A program made the position numbers and the translations under genes. This document shows, piece by piece, positions 1 to 10,751 of a stretch of 64,000 bases of DNA. The notes beneath the pieces are model-generated. The model was given only the letters and a program-made list of their open reading frames with translations. It was not told the DNA's origin and searched no databases. The stretch spans positions 186,001 to 250,000 of the forward strand of contig JAMWBK010000002.1 of NCBI GenBank assembly GCA_029953675.1, read 5' to 3'. The first letter of the stretch is position 1. The number at the start of each line of letters is the position of its first letter. Origin of the DNA: Rhodosorus marinus CCMP1338. Its lineage: Eukaryota; Plantae; Rhodophyta.

Positions 1-40
1 GAAACCGTTTGTACACGTTGGGAAGAGTTTGCCCAGAGGG

Positions 41-1339
41 ATGAGGGTTCTGCCCGTAGTGGGAATGGTGCTCGGCTTGCTCGCAGGTTTGGCCTGTGGC
101 AGCGGTGTTTCTTTGGACGGGGATGCGCTGTATTCGATGAGATCATCAGCAACAGACTTAAGGAAGTGCTCTTTCTTCACGAATCAGTTTAACAAAGTCG
201 ATCTCGGTAATGGAAAGCAGAAATGCTATTGGCTCCGTGATTCCGGGGGTAGCATGGATCTTGTCGGTACAGTATGTAACGAGCTCGTCGAGCAATACGG
301 AAAGCTGTGTGTCAAGTTCCGGTTCAGCGCCCGTGTCGAATGGGAGTTAATGACGACTTTCGCGGGAATAAGAGGCGACTGCAACAAGCCAGGCACCTAT
401 CCATTCCAGGAGAAGAAAAAAGGGCCTAGGAAGACGATGAACCTGACAGTCTGTCTGGACGAGTTCAAGGTTCCTAAGGGTGACGACCGTGAAGGCTGCT
501 GCAACGAAGACATTTGCATGTTCATAAAAGCTAAGGTCCGCAAAGTTGGAAGAACTGCCATCAAGAACGCTTACCCGGAGGAGGATGTGGAAAGGTGTGC
601 AATCAGGTCGGATACTGATTTCGTTTCCTGCCGACGAAAGCTCAAATGCAGAAATGTTGCAACCCCGATCCCGACACCGATACCGACCCCGATCCCGACA
701 CCGGACCCGGTATGCCAGGATTACGCAGACGCCTTCGACTCAGTTTTCCTGAGCAATGAGGAGCAGTGCTACAATCTGGTTATTACTCAGACTGGACCAA
801 CGGCTGCAGTAGTCTGTATTACAGCGACAGAGACGAACGGCCAGACGTGTCTGAGGTATTCGTTCATGGCCGAAACCGGCTTTACTCTCAACACGGTCCG
901 CGCTGGGGCGTCCGCCAACTGTGACAATCTGGGAGAGGACCCCATCCAGGTAGAAGAGGCAGCTGGAGACCCAGGTATGTGGGTCGTGAACGTCTGCCTA
1001 GACGAGTTCACAGCGCCTCCTGGGGAGGATGGAGAGGGATGCTGCAACGGGCCAATCTGTGTTATTACGCAGGCTAACGTCACTGAAACGGGCAGCACAG
1101 TCAATGTCAACGTTCCGGCCTCCCCCTCTACCAATGGGACTGATCAATGCCTTGTTCGAACCCCGAGTTTGTTCGTTGGGTGCCCTGTTGAATTGAATTG
1201 CGAAGATGTGGAGGAGACTTCAACGCCGATCCCCGGAACACCGCTGCCAGGAAATGTAATACCTAACGGTACCCGGTTGGTGCGGGATCCAAGCATTGAG
1301 ATGGAGCCGATGGCTACGGAAATGGCAATGCCCGAATAA
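41..1339 (+). CDS. Secreted Cys-rich protein, paralog 1 (signal peptide - 12-Cys domain - short (PIPT)n linker - 12-Cys domain), 432 aa
   Basis: First ATG at 41 gives the hydrophobic signal peptide [20 protein letters not shown]. Two internal repeats share C..Y/F..F..V.L...CY.L...VC...C..F.F.A...AG....C...VCLDEF..P.G....GCCN..IC. Clear paralog at 10752. Confidence 0.88.
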   Translation: MRVLPVVGMVLGLLAGLACGSGVSLDGDALYSMRSSATDLRKCSFFTNQFNKVDLGNGKQKCYWLRDSGGSMDLVGTVCNELVEQYGKLCVKFRFSARVEWELMTTFAGIRGDCNKPGTYPFQEKKKGPRKTMNLTVCLDEFKVPKGDDREGCCNEDICMFIKAKVRKVGRTAIKNAYPEEDVERCAIRSDTDFVSCRRKLKCRNVATPIPTPIPTPIPTPDPVCQDYADAFDSVFLSNEEQCYNLVITQTGPTAAVVCITATETNGQTCLRYSFMAETGFTLNTVRAGASANCDNLGEDPIQVEEAAGDPGMWVVNVCLDEFTAPPGEDGEGCCNGPICVITQANVTETGSTVNVNVPASPSTNGTDQCLVRTPSLFVGCPVELNCEDVEETSTPIPGTPLPGNVIPNGTRLVRDPSIEMEPMATEMAMPE

Positions 1340-2394
1340 GAAGGGCAGGGAGAAGGTGGGGTGATGAATTGGAAATTGATGGATTTTAGTACTCTAATCC
1401 TGTTCACGTTTAAGATAGATATCGAGTCACGTCGACATCGTAAAGCATTGAGTCAATCCGCAGCTTCTTTTTAGTTCTGAGGTCGAACTTGCCCTCTTGC
1501 GCGTTTTCCGTCGCCTGAAATACAACGTCGAGACGTAACCGGAACGCCAGACTCGCCAGCAGCTGACCTTGATTGTTCGCTTCCACCAGATTGAATGGTT
1601 GGAACACCTCGCACTCACCCAAGTAGCAATGAAAGAAGTGCGGTCCGCGGCACTAGGCAATCAACCCTATCTGTACCTGGAGCGAATCTGTTTCCAACTT
1701 TTAGACTTAACTCGAACGCATTTTCGACGGTTACCCAGTAAAGCTTACGGTTACGAACTTGCGTGGGGTGTCAGGCATGCAGGCGCGTGCCCTCCTGTCC
1801 GCCGTGACCAGCTTGCGGTTACCTTGAGACGGCCGATTTGAACGATTCAGGAGAGGAATATCCCCTCCTTGGTGGGCACCCAGAAGGGGCTCTTTCGTAG
1901 GACTCTGTGATCGGGAAGGCGCACGTCCTCTTTGGCCAGATGATCTATTCGCCGAGATTCGTTATGCAAGACTTCCTAGGGGTGCATGTATAGCCAAATC
2001 TTCAAAGAAATCCATCAACCAGCCAATAGCTTCAGTAGAAAATCACTATAGAGGGCTTCAGGGATTTCATAGACGAGAGCGGGGCGACAAAATGCCAATG
2101 TCTGCGATGCGGGGCGGAACTCATTGCTACCAAACTACTGAAGCTACTGGTCATGTGACTCGAAGAACCAGTCCAGTCGGCTTGCTCCGAGAGTAAGCCC
2201 CCCAGGGGCTAAGGAAAACGTACGGTACAAAGAACTCGCCTCGAGAATAAAGGCGGTTGAACTCCGCCACTGGGCTAACAGAAAAAGACACTGAAACGCG
2301 ACCAACCCAATTGTCGATCCCCAAAGTACTCAAGCTACCAGAGGACACGAGAAAACTCCCTTCGGAATGCGATTGTTCTACTCCAAGTCCTTGC

Positions 2395-3020
2395 CACCTT
2401 AACCGCAATCTTCATCCTATCGTACGGCAAGCCGGTCTTGAAATTGAACGTGAGAAGTCCCCGCCTGTCGCAGACTACCAGAATGCTGAACGCCCCGTGG
2501 CCGACCTCGTGGTCACCTGTGACGACAGCAGCCGTACGACGTACGTTGATCTTGCCGTTCCTAATCCTCTGGTTAGTGCTATTTGCCGGCTACGGGAGAG
2601 CGCCGTGGATTTGCCGCTCCCAATATGAGACGTCGCAAAGAGTTGAAATAAGGGAGGGTCTTGTCTTCCCTAGGCATCCGTGCTTCGGCTCTAGCTCATC
2701 GACCTGGTACCTCTGGTCATTGAGTGCTTTGCCTTTAAGGATTCCGTTGGTTCTCGTTGGCTTCGGGAATTGTTCCGCGAACGCCCTGACCGTCTGTCCT
2801 CGTTGTTTTCCCTTTCAAGTTTCTTGCTGTGGCGTGTGAACGCTGCTTCGATGATGGAGGCGCGGGATCTTCGCCGCGCTTAGTCTTTTTTTCCCCACGG
2901 GGTAAGTTTCTTGCTGCTGCGCTGCTTTGATGTCGGAGGCGCGGGATCTTCGCCGCGCTTAGTCGCTTTTTCCCCTCGTTTTTTTTTTCCTTCAGCCTCG
3001 GGTTAAATAAATTCATTCAT
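2395..3020 (+). mobile_element. CRE-clade non-LTR retrotransposon family B, degenerate 3' fragment (endonuclease + 3' UTR, duplicated 3' end)
   Basis: Translates to PIVRQAGLEIE..VADLVVTCDD..YVDLAVPNP (RLE motif). The 3' end ...cttcgccgcgcttagtc occurs twice (~2860-2900 and ~2935-2975). It ends in an attcattc tail like the other B copies. Confidence 0.8.
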
Positions 3021-3068
3021 CAATCTTCAACCAATGCTTGCCAGCCTGTCGAGTCCAGAAGTAATTTA

Positions 3069-4682
3069 TGAGAACCTCCCTTGACAGCTGTGTAATCCGT
3101 CTATGTTTTAGTGTCAGGCACCTACTTTTAGTGTCAGACGTCAATGTTTAAGTATCCACCAGTTTCTACTTTACTGTCAGGTATGTTTTAGTTTACAGTA
3201 GCCAAGACCATATAAGGCCTAGCTTTTCTAGATCTTGAGACCTAGAATTGAGTAAAAGACAAGTTGGTCCGAAGAGTTCCAACAAAGTGGCCTCATCGCC
3301 TAAAAGGCGAAAGGAGTATTAAGGGAAGGAAAGGGAGAGAACCAGGAGCCGACTTCACAATGGCAACATTTGCGATTCCTCAGCGCGAACCATACGGCGG
3401 GCGACGGGACTTTGCAAAGGTTCAAACGTTTTTGGCGGCGCTCCAAGGTTATTTACAGTTCCTCGACGTTGACGACGCAGGGCGCCAGACGGTCCGGTAC
3501 GCGGGTTTCTTCCTCAAAGACCATGGTTTGCCAACGACCTTGCACGCTTCATCGACTACCTCGATGAACTCTTCATGCAGCTCGGAGAGCACATCAACGA
3601 TTCCGAAAAGCTCGGAATACTCAAGGCGGGCTTAACCAGGCGGGAACGTGATTTCGTGTATTACAGCCGCCCCCAAAGCTAAATTGAGGCCAAGCAGACT
3701 GGACTCAGCATATCCGGGGCGCCCGCGGTTCCTGAAACGACAATGCCGCAGAAAACCGTACAATCCGAACCTGCAACTCACGCACCTCCTTCAATACAAC
3801 CGCCACGACCGCACACGCGAAGTATGGGGCCGCTGAAACCTCTCATATGCTACAGGTGCCAAGAGGAGGGGCACGTCAAGAAGGACTGCTCTCAGCGAGT
3901 GGCCTATCTTCTGGCAGAGGTGGAGAGACTACCTCGCATTCAGGAAAACTGAGGGACTCCGGACGAGGGATGCCGTCCGTGAGTCAGGCTCGCAGCATCC
4001 CACCATGCGTTGCGCTGGAGCGGAAAGACACCGGACTCCTCGCGACAAGTCACGAAACACGCGGAGGAAAAGATCGCGGAGGAGCTTACCGACAAATGTA
4101 AGATGGGGTTCAGAACCCTCCGTGAAGGATCTGAAGGAGAAAAAGCGTGCACCGACGAAGGCGAACCGGGTTCGATGCCACCCTACAAAAGGATTCTGAC
4201 AATGAAGCGAAGGCAGGTACCGACGAAGGCGAACCAGGGTTCGGTAATGCCCTTCCCAAATAATCTATCAAAATGAAAGAAACCACCGACGACAGCGAAC
4301 CGGGGTTCGGTAGTCCGAAAAGATTTTCCCGAGATGACCGAGGTGTTCCGAGACAATTTTTACCAGACAACAGGGACAAACATGACCGACTACCACCGGA
4401 TAAAGAGACTTCGATCCGCTGCGCTACTTTCTTGAGTCTGTGCCCAAACTTGGCGGGAGGAATTTGAGAACCTCCCCTGACAGCTGTATAATCCGTCTAT
4501 GTTTTAGTGTCTGGCACCTACTTTTAGTGCATACGTCAATGTTTAAGTATCCACCAGTTTCTACTTTACTGTCAGGTAGGTTTTAGTTTAACGTCAGGCT
4601 ATGCTAGTAAAGTCCAGTTTAGTCCACTTTAACGTAACCAAGACTATATACGGCCTAGCTTTGCTAGATCTTGAGACCTAAA
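3069..4682 (+). mobile_element. Ty3/gypsy-like LTR element carrying only a decayed gag (no pol seen)
   Basis: Direct repeats at 3069-3284 (tgagaac...ccaaca) and 4465-4682. PBS-like aagTGGCCTC at 3285; purine tract ggcgggagga just before the 3' LTR. Gag-like MATFAIPQREPYGGRRD..VQTFL..LQGYL from 3359 and CCHC knuckle CYRCQEEGHVKKDC at ~3848-3890, frameshifted. Confidence 0.75.
4595..4627 (+). mobile_element. 33-bp 3'-terminal insertion of CRE family A inside the 3' LTR
   Basis: caggctatgctagtaaagtccagt matches the 3' end of the element at 31043-31063 (minus strand). It is flanked by tttaacgt at 4587-4594 and 4628-4635, and is absent from sister LTRs at 3069 and 4683. Confidence 0.85.
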
Positions 4683-4901
4683 TGTTAGAACTTGCCCTGA
4701 CAGCTGTGTAATCTGTGTAAGACACTCCCTACTTTAGTGTAAGATCCCTACTTTAGTGTAAGACGCTAGTGTGCTAGTATTTCTACTTTACTGTCAGGCA
4801 CGTCTTAGTTTACAGTAACCAAGACTATATAAGACCTAGCATTGCTAGATCTTGAGACCTAGAATGGAGTAAAGGACAAGTTGGTTAGAAGAGTTCTAAC
4901 A
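4683..4901 (+). mobile_element. LTR of a related subfamily abutting/truncating the previous LTR
   Basis: Terminal inverted repeat TGTTAGAAC...GTTCTAACA; body homologous to the 3069-3284 LTR (tttactgtcagg, ctagatcttgagacctagaat). Confidence 0.8.
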
Positions 4902-5423
4902 GAACAGCTGTCTCATGGACAGCTGTCTCAACAACTTTGTCCCAGATGGGACAGACGCAAGTGGGACACCCGCGGCCACTGTCGTCGCGCCGGGACACGG
5001 GGCATCGGCAAAAGCAGTGAGCGTGGAAGTCAGCTCCGCGAGGCGGTTGGCTTCAGCAGCAGCAGCAACAGCACCAGCAATTTGGACAACTAAGGCGTCC
5101 GCAGTAGCCTTGGTGCAACCTGGCAGTTTGGCGAGTGTGCCGAATCTCCTGAGTCGTAGCTCCACTGACAGCGGGGAGGCAGTTGACGAAACCATCTGAC
5201 GCGGAGATTCAGAGGGACGCCGGGGAAGAGTGTGCTCAGGTGTAGAATGGTTGAGTGCTCACAATAGACCGCCATGCATTGGCAGACGTTGATTACTTAG
5301 GCTCAAGTGGTGGGCGGGCTTCCGGGACAGGGAAACAGTAAAAGAAGGAACCGAAGTTCGGAGAAATACGACGGAGGTCAAGTATTTCCAACATGGTCTC
5401 ATCGCTCGGTGCGATTTAGAGAA

Positions 5424-5470
5424 ACCTTTTCACGGTTTGCGTAGCGCTTTAGGCTATGCTAATAAAGCTC
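5424..5470 (+). mobile_element. CRE family A 3' tail fragment
   Basis: ccttttcacggtttgcgtagcgctttaggctatgctaataaag resembles the family A 3' UTR (ttcacgccttgcgtagcgcttcaggctatgcta). Confidence 0.7.
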
Positions 5471-5479
5471 TACTCCTTT

Positions 5480-6560
5480 GCACGTCCCCTCAAGGGGGGG
5501 AGCGGACTTCCTGTGCTGGGCCAGCCCTCAGGTGGGGGCCTGGAGCTGTCCCCCACCCGAGGGCTAGGGTTACGTAATTAGTGTTGCGCTGCATTAGGCA
5601 GTTGCCGAGTAAAGTTAACAGTTACACCCCCGCCGCGCGCGCACACCCCCCCGACGCGTGGTGGCCCTCAGGGGGGCCCGTCGTACGTCTCGGTTTTACG
5701 GAAGGGTACCACAGCCGCCCGTACGGCGGCTATGCTAAAAGTTTTGCTCTCTCGAGAGCAGCAGGGCGGACCTGATGCTCTAATTTGCAATTCCTTTGTG
5801 TACGCAGCGTTCGACCCCAGACTACACGGGGCAAGGTCCCATCCATGCGTGATTTCCGCAATACTTTTGCGGAGTCCTTGGGCTGTTGCCGAGACGACTT
5901 CCTACTGCCAAGCCTACCGAGCAATGGCCTGAGAGTGCCCGTTGGTTGCGGTCTCATCCCCAGGTCGTTCTGCACTTTGACTTTGACCGTTTTTCGGGCA
6001 CTTTCCTGTCTCCCGGAGAAACAGCAGGACTCTCTCAGCAGGAAACCAGCGTGAAAGCCGCAGCCATCCATTGGCTACGCCTTCACCGCATTGAGCGTAT
6101 ACTTTTGGAGCGTTTCGCTTCGGGGCCACGTCACCTGCGTGCAGCCGTCTCTACCTTTTTCGACCGGGAGAGGCGCCTTGTGCTGAGCGCGAGTAACACA
6201 TCGGAGTTACAGAGGTTGGGGGTAATAGAGGGCTCTGCTACCAACACCACTTCCAGTGATAGTAGTGAGGAAGGGGAGCCGAATGAGGGCATGTCGGTGG
6301 AGAACGCCCCTACTACTTTTTCGAAGCCCGAGGGAGCTATCCCGCGAGCTTCGCGGAGTGGGCGGTTGACCACTCTGGTGAGGTTCGGCGGAAAACGTGC
6401 GAGGACCGACTCCCCAGGTTCTAAGGGGTAGAAGCACGATTAGCTCCCCGGGTACGGCTGCGACCTCGCAGCCGATGGATTTGCAGTCTTATGTCATGAA
6501 GGAGGGCGGAGACTGGGGCATTTGGCGTACGCGTTTACTAAGTTGGCTCTGGGGTTACGT
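5480..6560 (+). mobile_element. Probable 5' region (structured UTR + decayed N-terminal ORF) of CRE family A
   Basis: 6400-6550 is homologous to 14380-14530, which continues into the family A RT. GC-rich hairpins at 5480-5730. Confidence 0.6.
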
Positions 6561-6849
6561 TATCCCTACCATCCTGAGGGAATGCGCAAAGGAAACGTTG
6601 CACCACCAATATGAAACCGCACCGAGAGAATAATCGACCAAACCCAACCCAAATAGGAAAGGCCCCGCAACACACCCACCCGTAAGACTGAAGTAGTTGC
6701 AAATGCAAACGACGCCCCGCGGAAAACCGAGGGGAAGGCGTACCAGAGGAAGCGCTTCCCGTAAACGAACACGCTCGCGACCGAAAAAGAAACAAAACCC
6801 CAATCCTCGACAACAACTCCTCACAGACTCCTCCAGGCCGGACTTTTAG

Positions 6850-7463
6850 CCGTACTCTCAGCATACCGTCGTTCCTTCACGCGGCGAATAGCCGAAACCG
6901 CTGCTCCCGGCCGGCGGGCGGCAGCCGTGAGATGGGCGCTTGCCACCGGGCATGTAGTCGTGAGGTCAACATATGCTGAGCGTCTGGCGGCTGCATCGGA
7001 GACGAGGAGATCTGGGTTACAGCGGGGCGGTGCCGTGTCCGAGACCGATCTGGGTAGTTCCGATTCCACCTCAACCGTATACCCTACCCGAGTCAAACCT
7101 TCGCTGAGAATGTACTTGAAGCGAGTGTGACGCCTCGTACGAAGACCTCTCAACAGTCCGCGTGAACCTAAGAAGTGGTAACCACAAGCATCGATCCGAC
7201 TCTCACATCCCTGACAGAAAGACGGCCGATTAGAGTGCCACGGAGCTTCTGGCACACCCAGATAGATCCGTGCAGCAGAGCGGAACTGAAAGGCATCGAG
7301 ACGGTGACCCAGTGACGAAGGCAGCGTGGTTAACCACAAGTGCGACAGGTTGCCTCCCATGCCGCGGAGGCGAGCGGCGGTGGTAGGCGGTCTGAGGGGA
7401 GAGTTGAGCAAAATTGCGTGCGCGGCACTGTGTTGGCCCCAGGTGAGGCTATGTTGAATCACT
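6850..7463 (-). mobile_element. CRE family A internal fragment (CCHC knuckle + RLE)
   Basis: IQHSLTWGQHSAAH...CQGCESRIDACGYHFLG..RHTRFKYILSE..PDLLVSD..YVDLTTTCP..KERRYAES; highly similar to the C-terminus of ORF 31091-33919. Confidence 0.9.
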
Positions 7464-7830
7464 AACATAGCCTGATGCGTTACGCGAGACGTAAAAGGAA
7501 ACTAGGGACTAGGAAGAAGAGCATGTAAGCCCAGGCGACGGTGGCGCGCCTCGGCGAGCATTTTACTAGAATACCGCCAGAGTGCGATACTTCAACGGCG
7601 GAGCACCAGGATGTTCGGTAAAACACTTACGTAGCCACTCGAAGCTTGAATTTTCCAGATGCCCAAAGGTTTCCCACAATGAAAGGCTGGAACCTGTGTG
7701 GCCGGGGGTCCTCTTCCAAGAGAAGATTGCCCATGCTCTCAGAGTACCGTCGTTCCTTCACGCGGCGAAGTACAGAACCTCCTGCGGAGAGCGGCACAAG
7801 GGAGATATGTACCGGACACGGGGCAAGTGC
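7464..7830 (-). mobile_element. CRE family A 3' fragment with UTR
   Basis: KERRYSESM..HRFQPFIV.. followed by the family A 3' UTR ending caggctatgttagt. Confidence 0.85.
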
Positions 7831-8104
7831 CAGTTTCAAACGACACTACGCAATATATGCCTATCAAGAACACCGGCTACCCATGATGAACTTATTTCAG
7901 GTCTCCACTCTAGATGAGGTTTCAATCTTCAAATCCAATGTGCTCCCTCCCCATTTGAGGACCGTTCGACCCCCGGGTTTTGACAAGAGTTATCAAGTCA
8001 GTTGTCTCCGACTCCCACTAACGATGAATCCTCAACAAATCCATTCAAATATATGGTGTAGTTCTTTTTCCCCTCGGGCTGTTTTTTGCAGTCTCCGATC
8101 ATCT

Positions 8105-8462
8105 CTAGTCGTTATCTCCCGACTCGGGCCGTGGATCTGCCGCCGCCAGCATGAGACGCCGCAAAGAGATCAAATACGCGGGGGCTTTGTCTTCCCCTGG
8201 TGTTCGTGCTTCGGCACTAGCACATCGCTTGGTACCCCTGATCATTGAGTGCTTTGGGTTCATGGACTCTGTTGGTTCTCGCTGGCTTCGGGAGTTGTTC
8301 CGCGAACGCCCTGACCGTCTTCAATCGTTGTTTACCCGCTTAAGTTTCCTGCTGTGGCGCATGAATGCCGCTTTGATGTTGGAGGCGCGAGTACTTCGCC
8401 GCGCTTAGTCTTTTTTTCCCCTCGGGGTTTTTTTTTTCAGCCTCCGATTAAACCATTCGTTC
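8105..8462 (+). mobile_element. CRE family B 5'-truncated copy
   Basis: MRRRKEIKYA..LVPLIIECFGFMDSVGSRWL..LWRMNAALMLEARVLRRA*, T-rich UTR, tail aaaccattcgttcg; near-identical to copies at 9491, 14080 and 25165. Confidence 0.9.
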
Positions 8463-8479
8463 GATCAAAGGAGGTGGTT

Positions 8480-8595
8480 TTAACTACAGCCTGAAGCACT
8501 TACGCAGGGCGTGAAATGGATTTAGGAACTAGGGAGAAAAAGCAAATGCAAACCCAGGCGGCGATGGCGCGCCTCGGCGACCATGCTGCTACGCA
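8480..8595 (-). mobile_element. CRE family A 3' end fragment
   Basis: Minus strand gaggcgcgccatcgccgcctgggtttgcat...ttcacgccctgcgtaagtgcttcaggctg matches the A C-terminus and UTR. Confidence 0.75.
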
Positions 8596-8949
8596 AATGT
8601 ATTCATTCAGTAGGAGGGGGATAAGCAAGGTAACTACATCAGGTAACACGACGTTGAACGATGTGTTTGTTTGGAGTTTAAAAAAGCCGAGGGGAAAAAA
8701 AAACAGCTTAGTGAAGATCGCGCGCCTTCGGCATGAAACCGTTCATTCATAGGCCACAGAAGGAAAACTAGACAGGTAAAGAACGAGGAGAGACGAACTG
8801 CTGAAGGCGAAAATCACGAGCTTCCAACATCAAAGCAGCGTTCGTACTCGACGTTGGGGTGCCAGGCCGGGGCAAACAACGGCATGTTTAGGCTGATCGC
8901 GATAGCTGGATATCTGCAGAGCAATTAACGGGGTAACTGTGGTGCATCG

Positions 8950-9220
8950 CATAATAGGGTCCGTTTGTTCAATCAGTTTGCATCTCATTACGCGTCCTTT
9001 TCTATTGGCCACGCGCTCCATGAGAGCGCACAGTAGGGATCCGTTTGCTAACGGTTTCGTTTTTATACGTTCCATCTCAATGTGCGGACCTTTCTATCGG
9101 CCTCCGTGCTCCTTGCCGTCAACGCATAATAGGATCCATTTGTTAACGTTTCGAGTTAATAAGCTCCAGTCCAATGTACGGACTTTCCTATCGGTCTCCC
9201 GTGCCGTGCTCCAAGTGAAC
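8950..9220. repeat. Degenerate ~80-95 bp repeat, three units
   Basis: Recurring motif pairs tagg(g)(a)tcc(g/a)tttg(t/c)t and cctttctat(t/c)gg..c.(g/t)gctcc. Confidence 0.55.
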
Positions 9221-9490
9221 AGCAAATTCATTCACTTAGGACGGCTCTATTCTTGCACTTTTGAGCATGATTTTCGTCTCAAAATGTTCGATATTTATGG
9301 AAAGCTCAGATCGATTACCACCCCTGGAATAAATTTTGCCATATTCAGGTTTTTCTCCATGATTTTTTTGGTTGAAAACCAAGTCAGTCAAGATCGTACA
9401 TGATTGACCAATAATTCAATCAACGATCAGCGGAGCGGTCATTAAAAACTAAGTGTCATCCGGATGTTGCGTGATTACCATTGGCTTGAA

Positions 9491-9741
9491 GCACTAGCAC
9501 ATCGCTTGGTACCCCTGATCATTGAGTGCTTTGGGTTCATGGACTCTGTTGGTTCTCGCTGGCTTCGGGAGTTGTTCCGCGAACGCCCTGACCGTCTTCA
9601 ATCGTTGTTTACCCGCTTAAGCTTCCTGCTGTGGCGCATGAATGCCGCTTTGATGTTGGAGGCGCGAGTACTTCGCCGCGCTTAGTCTTTTTTTCCCCTC
9701 GGGGTTTTTTTTTTTCAGCCTCCGATTAAACCATTCGTTCG
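9491..9741 (+). mobile_element. CRE family B 5'-truncated copy
   Basis: Near-identical to 8215-8462, including the tail. Confidence 0.9.
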
Positions 9742-9744
9742 AAT

Positions 9745-9839
9745 ACCATATACTGGGCTTTTACTGGGGTTTACTGGACTTTACATGAAGCGCTAGGCAA
9801 GGCGTGAAAAGGCCTTGCGTAGCGCTTCACCATACACTG
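9745..9839 (-). mobile_element. CRE family A micro-insertion with fold-back 5' end and 10/11 direct repeat
   Basis: Minus-strand tail gtaaagtcca-gtaaacccca-gtaaaagccca; hairpin 9786-9829; flanks accatatactg (9745-9755) and accatacactg (9829-9839). Confidence 0.7.
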
Positions 9840-10751
9840 AGGAAGTGTTTACATCATTTTTTTAACGCCTCAGGTTTGCGTTCGGCTTGGGCAGAAGGCC
9901 GATTTGCCCTTCGAATAACGTTTTTTGTCAATAGAACGGCCCACTCCAATCCGCGGTGGAAGTGTTCTAATCAAGAGAGTAAGCCACCACAATGAAGTAG
10001 CAGGTAAGCGCTTCGGCGCTTCAGCGCTTGTCTTCCACTTGGCTTTATTAGCATATAGCCTAGATGTCTGCTTTTTTGTTCTGGTAGTGGAGGAACGGCA
10101 GTTGTTGAAACATCTGCCGTTCCTCCACAACGAAGTGCTCCTTGCGAAACTATGATTCCTCGACTGTAACACTGCCTGCGCTTCCTAGATTCATGGGAGT
10201 AAAAGTTTTGCAATCTTCAGGGATGTCTGGTTGTAGGATAGGTTCCTCCAACCCACCATGGTAGTTAGACCTTGAATTTTGATTTGGAACAGGCCGGGAG
10301 GGGGTTTAAGTTTGTGCTTGAATGTGTGCCTTTCATCTGGAGCGAGAGTGGCTTCTGGGAACAGAAGAATTCGGATGGAGGTGTGGTAAGTGCGAACAAG
10401 ATCAAATATCATTTGATCTGCACGTACCCCAGCCTATCCGCTCCCGGGTTGCAGTCAGAAGCTTTTGGAGGGCACACAGTGCTCACCGGGAATTATTACT
10501 AGTTTTGCTATGTCTGCATACGTATATATATGTATACTACTTGGAGACATCAGCCCTGATCTCTCTTCGAAAGTAGATAGCGCAAAGTGGTGGATACGAC
10601 TGTCCTGAGCGTCTCGGTGAACGTGGTAAATATTGTGAAGTCGCTTGTGCAGGTTGGGGAGGGCTTGTGAAGAGAGGGTGGACGTCAAAGAGGCGCGTGT
10701 TCTGTGTCGTTCGATGCTACGGGTGCTAGTTTCGGTGTTTTGAAGGAAAAG

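Noticed and set aside
41-1339. Homology to volvocine pherophorins
   Set aside because: The architecture is similar, but I see no shared sequence motif; treated as analogy only.
5478-5580. Canonical HDV-like ribozyme
   Set aside because: No room for P3 between the ttcc loop and the P1 3' strand; no P2 partner.
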